A DNA stretch of 64,000 bases from Eledone cirrhosa (taxonomy: Eukaryota), in NCBI GenBank assembly GCA_964016885.1, contig OZ024756.1:31682001-31746000 (forward strand), given 5' to 3'. Of this stretch, positions 12,077 to 23,252 are shown piece after piece. Made by a program: the position numbers and the translations under genes. The notes under the pieces were generated by a model. The model was not told the origin of the DNA, did not search any database, and saw nothing but the letters and a program-made list of their open reading frames with translations. The first letter of the stretch is position 1, and each line of letters opens with the position of its first letter.

Positions 12077-15000
12077 ATGGCTATGCTAAGAGTAGGCTGT
12101 TTAAATGCGCGTGGCCTGGGCTCAACTTGGAAGCAAGCAATGCTTCTAAATGACCTCAGGTCACAACGTATAGATGTGATGGTTATTTGCGAGGCCCGGA
12201 TCAGCAACGTGCGACAGCTGGCCCCCACCTTTGATGACTTTGAGATGCACGCATCTCTCTGTCAGCCTGGAGGTGGGGGTGGAGTTGTCGTTCTGCTGCA
12301 AAAACATCTGGGTCTCGCAACACAGATGGTACATTTGGACCCGGAGGGTCGACTAGTGGTTCTGGACCTTGGCAGTGGTAAAGGCGGAGCGTTTAGGTTG
12401 GTAGCCGCCTACGGCCCTTTCGGGTCAATGCGGCCGGACTTCTTCCATCGTCTGGAGACTTTTCTAGGGACGTCCCGCTCCTTGCTATTAGTGGGGGACT
12501 GGAATGGTATCCTAGATGCACGCTGGGACTACGTAGGGGCCTGCCCCGATAGAGAGGGGTGTAATAGCCTCAAAGGGTTAATCGGTCGATTTGACCTGGC
12601 CGATAGATATCGACTAGATTTTCCGACTGCGCCAACCTGGACTTGGGCAAATCGTAGCGGATCATCTAGGTCGTACCTAGATAGGTTCTTAGTTAGAATT
12701 AAGGATAAGGACTTTTTAAGTTGTCCAAAAATGCGCATTGTTGGCTATTCAGACCACAAATTAGTGACCTGCATGGTCAACCTTGACAGAACTCATAGAC
12801 AGGGCCCCGGTTACTGGAAGCTCAACTTGTCCTTGCCGGCAAGTAGAGCCTACAGGAATCGGATTAGTACGTTAGTTAAGGAACGGTTGACTGGAGCGAT
12901 CGTCAACAGCAGGTGGTGGGTATCTCTAAAGAGAGAGATTAGAGTAGTCTCGATAGAATTTAGTAAGGTTCTAGCTGCGGATAGGAATAGGAAGGAAAGG
13001 GAGCTAATAGATAGAGTAGAAGAGGCAATTAGAAGCGGCGACGTGGCCAGAGTGCTAGCGTCGAGAACGGCTTTGAGCCAGTTTTTCGACGCGAAGCACG
13101 AAGGCTGCGTTGTCCGAAGTAAAATACGTGCTCTAGGGAACGAGGGGACCAAAGCTGTTAGCTGGGCCCGCGTGACAGAGGCCAACAGTGGAACTAAATC
13201 CACCATCCGGTCTTTGCGAGACCTGGATGGACGGGCGATTCTTGAGCCTAAGCAGATGTGTGAGGCCTTTCAAAGGCACTTTGCCCGACTGTTCGGGAGG
13301 GGCGGGGAGCCGGTTGGGAACGTGGACTTCGGTCCATACCTCGACGGCCTGCCGCGCCTCTCGGACAGGGAGGCGAAGTCCTGCGAGGAGCCGATTTCGG
13401 CCGCTGAGATAGAGGACGTGCTGAGCCAATGCGGCAAACGCAAATCCCCGGGTCTCGATGGTCTTCCTTACGAATTATATCTAGCTATGCCGGACTTGTT
13501 CCCCGATCTCCTCGAGGCGGTCTACTGCAACTGGCAACAGAACGGGAGAATTCCCTGTACTGTGACCAAGGGCGTAGTCACGCTAGTGAGGAAGGACGAG
13601 AACAAGGGGGACGAAATAAGTAACTTCAGGCCCATAACACTGCTAAATACAGAGTTACAGATTTTGGCCAAGGTGCTAGCAAAGAGGTTGGCGCTTGTCG
13701 TGGGCAACCTGGTGGGAGATGCGCAGACATGCGCTATCCCGTCCAGGTCCATCCATGACAACCTCCACCTCATGCGATACATCATAGAGAGGGTTGGGAA
13801 CGAACCCGGCTTTGGTGGGGCTCTGATCAACTTGGATCAATCTAAGGCGTTCGATAGGGTCGACCATGGTTACCTGGATGCGGTGCTAGCGGCGGCAGGC
13901 TTCGGACCCGTTTTCAGGGGCTGGATCACTGCTATGCACAGCAGCCGCATCTGCTCTAGGGTCAAGGTGAACGGCTACCTCTCGGAGCCGTTCAAAATCG
14001 CGCGGTCCATCCGACAAGGGTGCCCTCTCTCCTCCCTTCTGTATGTATTGACTCTCGAGCCACTACTGCGGAAGTTGGAGTTGTTGCAGGGCATCCCTTT
14101 GGAACCGGGATTGCGGAAAGCGGTGTCGGCCTACGCCGATGACGTGACAGTAATGGTGTCGACGGCCTCCGAAATCGAGGCGGTCGGCACCTTACTGGAG
14201 GAGTACGAAAAGTTCACAGGGGCTAAGCTGAACCGGGACAAGTCGATCGGTTTGCAACTCGGCACGTGGAGGGGCAGACCGATGCCCTCCGATAGCGTCG
14301 TCGGACGCTGGACGGAGGGCCCGGTGAAGTTGCTCGGGGTCTGGTTCGGACCGGACCTCCAGGTGGAGAAAAACTGGGCGGAGGTTACGAACAGAGTGTT
14401 TGCACTGACCCAGAAGTGGGCCAGTTGCAAACTATCCCTGAAAGGTCGGGCGGAGGTGGCGAACACCTACATAGCGTCCGTCATCTACTACCGCCTGACC
14501 GTAGTGCCCTGCCCAAGGGAAACCCTCACCAAGATGGAGCGCGCGCTCTTCCAATTCCTTTGGAAGAGGCGGGCTCCTATGGTGAGGAGATCCATCTGCT
14601 GTCAACACCCTTCGAAAGGAGGGCTGGGGATGCCGTGGCTAATGATGCGTAAACACGCATTAAGGCTACGGCACCTCTACGTATTCCTCACCGGACAACC
14701 GGTGTGGGCCTCGTTTGTGAGACGAACCTTTCCCAGACTCGTCTCACTCACCGAGCTGCAATCCTGGGTCAAGCAAAGACCGAGAAAACTGGGCGCCTGG
14801 CACACTGAGTGTGCCCAGGCGCTCACCGCCCTCTGGCAGGCGGATCCGGTTATCAGTGGAGACTCCACCGCAACATTCTATAGAGGGCTGGTACGCAGCA
14901 GGTGCGACGACGCCCTCGGAGAAGCCCTAGACATGGAGGAGGACGAACTGGCCAGCCTTTTCGGTAGGACATTCAGCCCGGGACCTATGGACAACTTCCA

Positions 15001-15514
15001 GAAGTCCCTGGCCTGGCAGTGCTACCGAGGGGCTTTACCCGTTCGAGAAAGGCTCTACAGACACGGGCGCCCGGGTAGGGACCCCGCCAAAAAGATCTGT
15101 CCCAGATGCGTGTGCGACGAGGAAACCGTTGCACACGCATTAGTACACTGCTCGGGCGTAGCCGATCTGTGGGGCTATGTCGAACAACTGCTGTCAAGGG
15201 TGGGACCGATCCGGTTGACCACCGAGTCTATTGTAATGATCAAGCCGCCTCCCCCCTTCAAAGATGAAGCAGAGGCGGTGTTTCTGTGCGTAATAGCCAT
15301 GGCGAAAGAGGTTGTATGGTGGACGCGTCTGAAAGGACTGAGGTCGGGCACCTTTCTCTCTGGCCAACAACTGGTCCGTTTCTTCCGATATCATTTCGGA
15401 AGAAGGATCAGGATGGAGAGAGAGGTGCTGCACCCCAGCCGTTTCTATGAAAGATGGGTGAAAGTGGCGAGAATGGCCCGTGTGAATGGGCCTTCACTCT
15501 ACATCAGACTATAG
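12077..15514 (+). CDS. Retrotransposon ORF2: APE endonuclease + reverse transcriptase + C-terminal zinc motif (1145 aa)
   Basis: EN motifs LNARGL, ICEA, AAYGP, GDWN, YLDR, SDH; RT motifs KSPGLDG, FRPITLLN, LDQSKAFDRV, RQGCPLS, YADD (14132-14143), KLLGV; CPRC-X8-HALVHC; Tx1-typical GYWKLN and GGLGMP; ATG in ACCAACATGG context; no stops or frameshifts. Confidence 0.95.
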   Translation: MAMLRVGCLNARGLGSTWKQAMLLNDLRSQRIDVMVICEARISNVRQLAPTFDDFEMHASLCQPGGGGGVVVLLQKHLGLATQMVHLDPEGRLVVLDLGSGKGGAFRLVAAYGPFGSMRPDFFHRLETFLGTSRSLLLVGDWNGILDARWDYVGACPDREGCNSLKGLIGRFDLADRYRLDFPTAPTWTWANRSGSSRSYLDRFLVRIKDKDFLSCPKMRIVGYSDHKLVTCMVNLDRTHRQGPGYWKLNLSLPASRAYRNRISTLVKERLTGAIVNSRWWVSLKREIRVVSIEFSKVLAADRNRKERELIDRVEEAIRSGDVARVLASRTALSQFFDAKHEGCVVRSKIRALGNEGTKAVSWARVTEANSGTKSTIRSLRDLDGRAILEPKQMCEAFQRHFARLFGRGGEPVGNVDFGPYLDGLPRLSDREAKSCEEPISAAEIEDVLSQCGKRKSPGLDGLPYELYLAMPDLFPDLLEAVYCNWQQNGRIPCTVTKGVVTLVRKDENKGDEISNFRPITLLNTELQILAKVLAKRLALVVGNLVGDAQTCAIPSRSIHDNLHLMRYIIERVGNEPGFGGALINLDQSKAFDRVDHGYLDAVLAAAGFGPVFRGWITAMHSSRICSRVKVNGYLSEPFKIARSIRQGCPLSSLLYVLTLEPLLRKLELLQGIPLEPGLRKAVSAYADDVTVMVSTASEIEAVGTLLEEYEKFTGAKLNRDKSIGLQLGTWRGRPMPSDSVVGRWTEGPVKLLGVWFGPDLQVEKNWAEVTNRVFALTQKWASCKLSLKGRAEVANTYIASVIYYRLTVVPCPRETLTKMERALFQFLWKRRAPMVRRSICCQHPSKGGLGMPWLMMRKHALRLRHLYVFLTGQPVWASFVRRTFPRLVSLTELQSWVKQRPRKLGAWHTECAQALTALWQADPVISGDSTATFYRGLVRSRCDDALGEALDMEEDELASLFGRTFSPGPMDNFQKSLAWQCYRGALPVRERLYRHGRPGRDPAKKICPRCVCDEETVAHALVHCSGVADLWGYVEQLLSRVGPIRLTTESIVMIKPPPPFKDEAEAVFLCVIAMAKEVVWWTRLKGLRSGTFLSGQQLVRFFRYHFGRRIRMEREVLHPSRFYERWVKVARMARVNGPSLYIRL

Positions 15515-15536
15515 GTGAGGAAGATGAAAGACCAAG

Positions 15537-15603
15537 GGAGCACCCCTTCTCTGTGCTCCTGAGGAGAAGGGTTGCACACTTTTTTCGGGGGTGTGTGCGA
15601 CCC
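15537..15603 (+). promoter_or_regulatory. Structured 3'UTR: two stem-loops (one with UUCG) and a possible pseudoknot
   Basis: GGAGCAC/GTGCTCC and GGGTTGCACAC/GTGTGCGACCC, with compensatory C-G to T-A changes in subfamily B copies. Confidence 0.65.
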
Positions 15604-16072
15604 CCCAAGGCGCCTCCTCTCTATTGAGGATTTTGTTAAAAATTTTATTTTTTGTTATATCTTATTTTATTTTTATATTTTGTTATTGCCTCCTCCTTAT
15701 TGAGGACGCCTTTTTGTGTAAACTCCCCCCTTTGTACTTGTCCCACTTTTGATGCCCTAGTGGCAAATAAAAGAAATATATCTATCTATCTATCTATGTA
15801 TAATTTCATCTCTCTCTCTCTCTCTCTCTCTCTCGCTTTCTCTGTCTGTCTCTCTCTTTCTTTCTATCTATCTTTCCTTCTTGTTTTCCTTCCGCCTTTG
15901 TTGGTTTCCTGTCTTCCTTCATTTTTCTCTGATGTTTCAAAACTCCAAGACATTTGCACTGGTTAACCCAGAAGCAGACTTTACCGTCTTTGTTTTGTTT
16001 ACAGGTCTCAACTAGTCGTAAGGTTTTTATATCATATTATATTTAAATTATGGTTTATACATGCATGCATAC

Positions 16073-16121
<49 letters not shown>

Positions 16122-16148
16122 CTTACATACATACATGCATACGTTCAT

Positions 16149-16181
<33 letters not shown>

Positions 16182-16873
16182 CATATATGTATGTATATAT
16201 ACATACATACATACATATGTATGTATATATGTAATAATATGTATATAATGCTGTATTGTTTCCTATTATATTTATCCTGTGTTAACTTCGAGTAGAAACA
16301 TATAAAAAAAAAGAATACAAGGCTTAATGACGAACGCGAGCACACAGTTAATATTATGTACTGAGTTAGGAACGAACAAGTACAACGACGTTTCGGAGAT
16401 TTAGTACTTCCTCAAGAAAATACAAAAAACGCCGTTGCGAGGTCGATAAAACAAAGAGGTATACATGAAGCACGGGGATCGATTTAATCGTACAACTACT
16501 CCCCACGTAACCATCATCTTTCCCTCCACAAATTTCTGGCCTTGTGCCTTTGTAAGAAACGATTTATTTTCATCCAATATTTTTTGTTATCTTGCTATCC
16601 AAGAATATTGTAAAAGAAAAATGAAGCTCAATAAGCACTGTATCTGTAATCAATACTTAGAAATCAATCAACTACCATTCCTGATCCCTACATCATAAAA
16701 AACGCATAACGCATGATGATCGATCAATAGGAAATCAAAACAAGAAAAAGACAAAGAATTATACATAAAAAAATGACGGCAGTATATTATTGATTATTCG
16801 ATCAATTTTTCTAACATGTTCCTCAAAGGAACGTCTGGGTAGTTAAATAATTATTAACCATTGCCTAGTGAAT

Positions 16874-17000
16874 GTGCGTAGCTTAGTGGTTAGGGTGGTA
16901 TTCTTATGATCAAAAGGTTACAACGTCGATTCCCTGATTGGTTGAGGACACCTTGTATTTTTTAGCAATATACTTTTATTTTACGTTGTTTCGGTTTCAC
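16874..17000 (+). mobile_element. Degenerate tRNA-headed CORE-type SINE
   Basis: TAGCTTAGTGGTTAG...GTCGATTCC head and ACTTTTATTTTACGTTG body, similar to the reverse complement of 44935-45056. Confidence 0.5.
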
Positions 17001-17513
17001 TGTTGTGTCATTAGTGCCAAACTGTATCAGCATTTGTCTTTCCCTTGAACAACATCAATGGCATTGAGAGAACAGGCTGGCATGCATGAGTGACTGATGA
17101 GTGGACTTGCTGCAAAACATATTGCCCATGGTCACCATATACCAAGATGACCATATGGTAAAATGATCAAATGATCTGGTGATTAAATTATCGAGTGTCA
17201 GGCTGACCAGATGACAAATGGATGATGTGACCAGATGACAAAGTGATCACATAATCAAGTGATAATGTGAGAAGGTTACTGAGTAAAATGATCTCAGCTT
17301 TGCTAAATCACAATTTGATGACATGGCACGATGAACAGACGATAGAATGACCGGAGGAAAAGTAACCAGATAGTCAGGTGACCGTGTTGACATAATAAAG
17401 ATGAGCAGCAGCTTAATTTGGTGACATTTTCTGTGGAGAGGAAGTAATAGAAGGCGACGTCGAAAACAAACACAGCTAAGTTGAGAAAACGAGTTACTTG
17501 ATGAAAATTTTGC

Positions 17514-17586
<73 letters not shown>

Positions 17587-17589
<3 letters not shown>

Positions 17590-18101
17590 TGCTACTGTAC
17601 GTCTGTATACATATATGTATGTACGTATACATACATACTTACATTTAAGTAAGTGCCATACTAAGAGTGAGAAATGAAATTTCGTTTTCATTTTATTTCA
17701 ACTTATCGTTTTCGGTATGCCTGACCGATTTAACTCACTCAATATGCAAATTAGGCTGCTCAGCCGTTAATTTTCATAAGGAAAGTATATACTTTCGAAC
17801 GTTCAACTATCTGGCAGATGGGTATACGGTGCTGATGATAGCTAACAAGCTTGAAACTAGTACATCGTTCCTGTGTCAGTGTTGAACAAAAAGGTGACGT
17901 GGTTGCCTTAACACCGTATGGCATAAATTCAGGCTGTTCAGTTTGTTTACAAACGAACAAAGCGGCGTTATAATAAGCGTCCGCTAAACTGATGCGTGCA
18001 TATATGTATGTGTACCTGTATGTATATATATATATATATATATATGCATGCTACTGTACGTCTGTATACATATATGTATATACGTATACATACATACTTA
18101 C

Positions 18102-18104
<3 letters not shown>
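17587..18104 (+). mobile_element. Non-coding PLE/retrozyme-like unit with 59-bp direct terminal repeats and an internal hammerhead
   Basis: 17587-17645 is repeated at 18046-18104 (period 459); flanked by (TA)n; related fragment at ~40895-40982. Confidence 0.65.
17826..17868 (+). ncRNA. Minimal type I hammerhead ribozyme
   Basis: Stem I ACGGTG/CATCGT; CTGATGA; stem II T-AGC-TAACAA-GCT-T; GAAA; palindromic stem III ACTAGT; predicted cleavage after GUA (A17862). Confidence 0.8.
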
Positions 18105-18167
<63 letters not shown>

Positions 18168-18309
18168 TAATAAATATGTGTGTGTTGCTATATATAAGTT
18201 GCTATATGTTGTTCTAGCTCTATATATGTTACACTTCTAAAGACTTAACTATCTAGAATGTTTAGTGAACTGGAAATATAGGATTGACACTAGCAGTACA
18301 GTAAACAAA

Positions 18310-18830
18310 CAAGACAACAACAATAACAACAACAATAACTGCGCCAGCAGTGGCAGCAGCAACTGCAGCAATAGCAGCAACAGCGTTAACGACAATAACA
18401 ACACCACTGCCACCGCAACAACAACACCACAACACCACAATAACAACAACCATCACCACCACCAGTACCATAACAACAACCACCAACACCACCAACACCA
18501 CCATCACCACCACAATAACAACCATCACCATCATCACCACTAACACCACCGCCACCAACACCTCCACCAAGACCAACACCACCACCATCACCACAATAAC
18601 AACAACAATCACCACCACCACCACCACCACCACCACAATAACAACAGCCACCACCAACACCTCCACCAACACCAACACAATCACCACCACCATCAGCACC
18701 ACCATCACTAACACCAACACCACCACCAACACCACAATAACAATAACAGCCACCGCCACCACCAATACCAACATCACTACTATCCTCCAATAACAATAAC
18801 AACAACAACAGCCACAACAATAATAAACAC
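18310..18830. repeat. (AAC/ACC)n microsatellite
   Basis: Directly visible. Confidence 0.9.
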
Positions 18831-19175
18831 AAAAAGTACACAAAGAAATAAAAAAAAATAATAAATAAAAATAAAAAAACAAACAAATAAATTATTGAAA
18901 TATTTCTTATCGATTTTTGATGAGAAAGTCAAAGGAATGTCACGTGACGTAGTTTTGTTCTTAAATAACATTTACATATTTTAAAAATATTCTTTATTAA
19001 GAAAATACAATGTCATGTGACAACACACTTTGTGTTAACTTTGACAGGAAAATGGTAATTTCATACCTTTCTTTACCCATATACCGAGTGGACAAGATGC
19101 CCAGTGGTCATGCAACAGCTATCTACAGCTACCCATGTATCTAGCTTTGCACAATAAATACATCTATCTATCTAT

Positions 19176-19560
19176 CTGATTCTTTTTTTCAAATACCACT
19201 TTGGAAGAAGAATCAGAATGGAGAGAGAGGTGCTGTACCCCAGCAAGTTTTATGGAAGGTGGGTGAAAGTGGCGAGAATGGCCCGAGTGAATGGGCCTTC
19301 TCTCTATATCAGCCTGTAGGTTGAGGAAAAGGAGGAGGAGAGGAAAGGAGTACAAACTCTTCGTACTCCTGGAAATGAGGGTTGCACATTTTTTCGGGGG
19401 TATGTGTTACCCATATGAACTGTCTCCCCTATTGGGGAAAATCGACTAATTTTTTAAATTACATTTGTGATAACATTTTACACGTTTTTATTGTATGTAA
19501 ACTTCCCCCTTTGTATTTGTCCCCTTCTTTTGTGCCCCTGTGGCTAATAAAGAAACATAT
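19176..19560 (+). mobile_element. 5'-truncated Tx1-like copy (subfamily B) in (TATC)n
   Basis: Homologous to 5150-5533; TATC repeats at both junctions. Confidence 0.95.
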
Positions 19561-19626
19561 CTATCTATCCATCTATCTATCTATCTATCTCTCTATCTAT
19601 CTATCTATCTATTTATTTATCTATCT

Positions 19627-19667
19627 TTGTCCTCTTCTTTTGTGCCCCTCTGGCTAATAAAGAAACA

Positions 19668-19718
<51 letters not shown>

Positions 19719-19764
19719 TTTTGTTCTCTTCTTTTGTGCCCCTCTGGCTAATAAAGAAACATAT
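19627..19764 (+). mobile_element. Two ~45-bp 3'-terminal Tx1-like stubs separated by (TATC)n
   Basis: TTGT.CTCTTCTTTTGTGCCCCTCTGGCTAATAAAGAAACATATC at ~19627-19670 and ~19720-19764. Confidence 0.9.
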
Positions 19765-20066
19765 CTATCTATCTTCTCTGCACCATCCAACCTACCCACC
19801 TACCTCACTATCTACCCACTAGATATTCATAGATACGCTCGTGAGTATTGTACAAGTATGATCTCCTGCCCACTTGAATTCTAGCCTTACTTTGTAACTG
19901 GAAACCAATTTCCTTGAAAACCCCTCGAAATCTCACAATTTCACTTTTAGTAACTAGAAGAAAATCAAAATATATACGTATCACTACCGCCAGTTGACAT
20001 AATATAGCGAACATGTTTTCATAGATAATCGAAATACAATGGCTAAGGTAAATAAGCCTTGTTTCT

Positions 20067-20476
20067 AATAATTGTTTCTACTATTGGCACAAGGCCAGAA
20101 ATTACCCAGTACATTACTGGTACTTTATTTTATCGACCCCGTAAGGATGAAAGGCAAAGTTAACCTCGGCGGGATTTCAACTCAGAATGGCAAGGGCCGT
20201 AACTCTATGCGTCAAAGCATGGCGTCCGAACCTCTACCGATACTGCCAATCCTAATAATGGTTTCTTATATAGGCACAAGACCAGCAATTTTTTGTGGAG
20301 GGGAAAGTCGATTAAATCGACCCCAGTGTATTACTGGTACTTTATTTTGCCGACTCCGTAAGGATGAAAGGCAAAGTTAACCTCGGTGGGATTTGAACTC
20401 AGGTGATAAAGGGCCGTAACTCTATGCTGCAAAACATGGCGCCCGACCCTCTACCGATACTGCCAATCCACCGCCC
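20067..20476 (-). mobile_element. Tandem pair of tRNA-derived SINEs
   Basis: Two reverse-complement copies of the dominant SINE (about 20067-20252 and 20253-20476). Confidence 0.85.
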
Positions 20477-20550
20477 TTGCCTAGTCTCTATAATGGAAAT
20501 ACTGAAAGATTTATCACCCCCGACATATCCTCTCAGCATCTCACATCTTC

Positions 20551-20694
20551 TGGCGTAGGACAGGACAAAGGAGAGGCACAAACAGATGGCGTAGGACAGG
20601 ACAAAGGAGAGGCACAAACAGATGGCGTAGGACAGGACAAAGGAGAGGCACAAACAGATGGCGTAGCACAGAACAAAGGAGAGGCACAAAAACA
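20551..20694. repeat. 36-bp tandem repeat x ~4
   Basis: TGGCGTAGGACAGGACAAAGGAGAGGCACAAACAGA units starting at 20551, 20587, 20623 and 20659. Confidence 0.95.
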
Positions 20695-20710
20695 AAGAAA
20701 AGAATCCCCA

Positions 20711-20753
20711 GTCACTGAAGAGGTCACAGAATGTGTGACGAAAGAACTTTGAC
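20711..20753 (+). ncRNA. Minimal type I hammerhead-like motif
   Basis: Stem I GTCA/TGAC; CTGAAGA(G); stem II GTCACA/TGTGAC; GAAA; short stem III AG-AA-CT; CUU site. Confidence 0.55.
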
Positions 20754-20899
20754 AATATATAAACAATCATCTGGTTGTGGAACCAACCAACCAACCGGAA
20801 ATTTATAAATTCCTAAATTTATAAATTTATTATAACAAATTGAAGTGAAAGCAACTGGTGCGTGTGTTTCTTATTGGCAACATGACCCTCCCAAAGTAT

Positions 20900-20971
<72 letters not shown>

Positions 20972-21139
20972 ATAGTAAAGGCTACAAGTGTGGTTTGGTA
21001 CACACACACACACATACACACACACACACATATATATATATACGCGGCATAATATTTCCACCAAATCTTGCAACCCAACAAGACTTATATGAATGTTATT
21101 GTTTTTAGTTATGCACATACAAATGCATATTTACAGGCA

Positions 21140-21244
<105 letters not shown>

Positions 21245-21361
21245 ACTCACATAGATACAAACAGACACACAGATGCACACACAGTCATACACACTAAAGT
21301 GTGCATATATATATATATATATAAATAAAGCTTGAAAATGAATATCGATATATCGATATAT

Positions 21362-21403
<42 letters not shown>

Positions 21404-21567
21404 GCATGTATGTATATATATATATATATGAATACACACACACACACACACACAAACACACATTAATTTATGTGTTTTGTATGAGTTACCTCTATGACTG
21501 TGGTGGTATTTTTTTAACTTATACTTGGTATAATTGCTATAGTTGTTGTTGTTTGGGATGATTTTGT

Positions 21568-21620
<53 letters not shown>

Positions 21621-21739
21621 CTGATGATGATGATGATGATGAAGATATTGTTTTCACTATAGTTTCCTGGTGCGGGCTTAACCATCCCAATCACATATAT
21701 ATATATAAATACATATATATGTATATATATATATGTATA

Positions 21740-21885
<146 letters not shown>

Positions 21886-21947
21886 TTAACCATCCCAATC
21901 ACATATATATATATAAATACATATATATGTATATATATATATGTATA

Positions 21948-22118
<171 letters not shown>

Positions 22119-22143
22119 TTATATATATATATATATATATGTG

Positions 22144-22210
<67 letters not shown>

Positions 22211-22218
22211 TTATATAC

Positions 22219-22263
<45 letters not shown>

Positions 22264-22288
22264 CATTAGATATATATATATAAATATA

Positions 22289-22382
<94 letters not shown>

Positions 22383-22407
22383 CATTATATATATATATAT
22401 AAATATA

Positions 22408-22453
<46 letters not shown>

Positions 22454-22923
22454 CATTATATATATATCAACGTTTACATATGTGCATATATGATTTTGTC
22501 TAACAATATATTAGATATGTCTGTCTATTTATGTATTCATATGTGGGTGTATATGTATAATTTTGTACATACATGTATGTGTATAGGTGTGTGTGTATAG
22601 GTGTGTGTGTATAGGTGTGTATATGACGTATATATAAGTTAAAACCAAATATTAATAATTTGCTGTTTGTTTCTCTGTTTGTAATAAATACATACATACA
22701 TACGTATACATATACAGGCAACACACATATATATATATGTGTGTGTGTATATATATATGTGTGTGTGTATTTATATATGTATATATGTATATGAATATAT
22801 CTATATCTATATACATATATCATATATATATATATGTACATATATACACACATATCTGTCTCTCTCTCTTATATATGTATATATATATGTATATATATAT
22901 ACATATATAAGAGACACACACAC

Positions 22924-22965
<42 letters not shown>

Positions 22966-23105
22966 CTATATCATGTATATATATATATCTATATCTATAT
23001 ACATATATCATATATATATGTACATATATACACACATATCTGTCTCTCTCTCTTATATATGTATATATATATGTATATATATACATATATAAGAGACACA
23101 CACAC

Positions 23106-23191
<86 letters not shown>

Positions 23192-23214
23192 GCATGTATA
23201 TATACAAAGAGAGG

Positions 23215-23252
<38 letters not shown>

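Larger units (their letters stand above)
10511..15780 (+). mobile_element. Near-full-length Tx1/L1-clade non-LTR retrotransposon (subfamily A) inserted in (TATC)n
   Basis: ORF1 with zinc knuckle, ORF2 with APE endonuclease, RT and C-terminal Cys motif, ~265-nt 3'UTR with AATAAA (15766-15771); (TATC)n on both sides; no poly(A). Confidence 0.95.
20477..20815 (+). mobile_element. Probable PLE terminal-repeat remnant containing a 36-bp minisatellite and a hammerhead-like motif
   Basis: PSLYNGNTERFITPDI loosely resembles a PLE GIY-YIG C-terminus; 36-bp unit x ~4 (20551-20694); hammerhead motif at 20711-20753. Confidence 0.45.

Noticed and set aside
12529-15433. Short alternative-frame and antisense ORFs within ORF2
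   Set aside because: Expected shadows in GC-rich coding DNA; no motifs.
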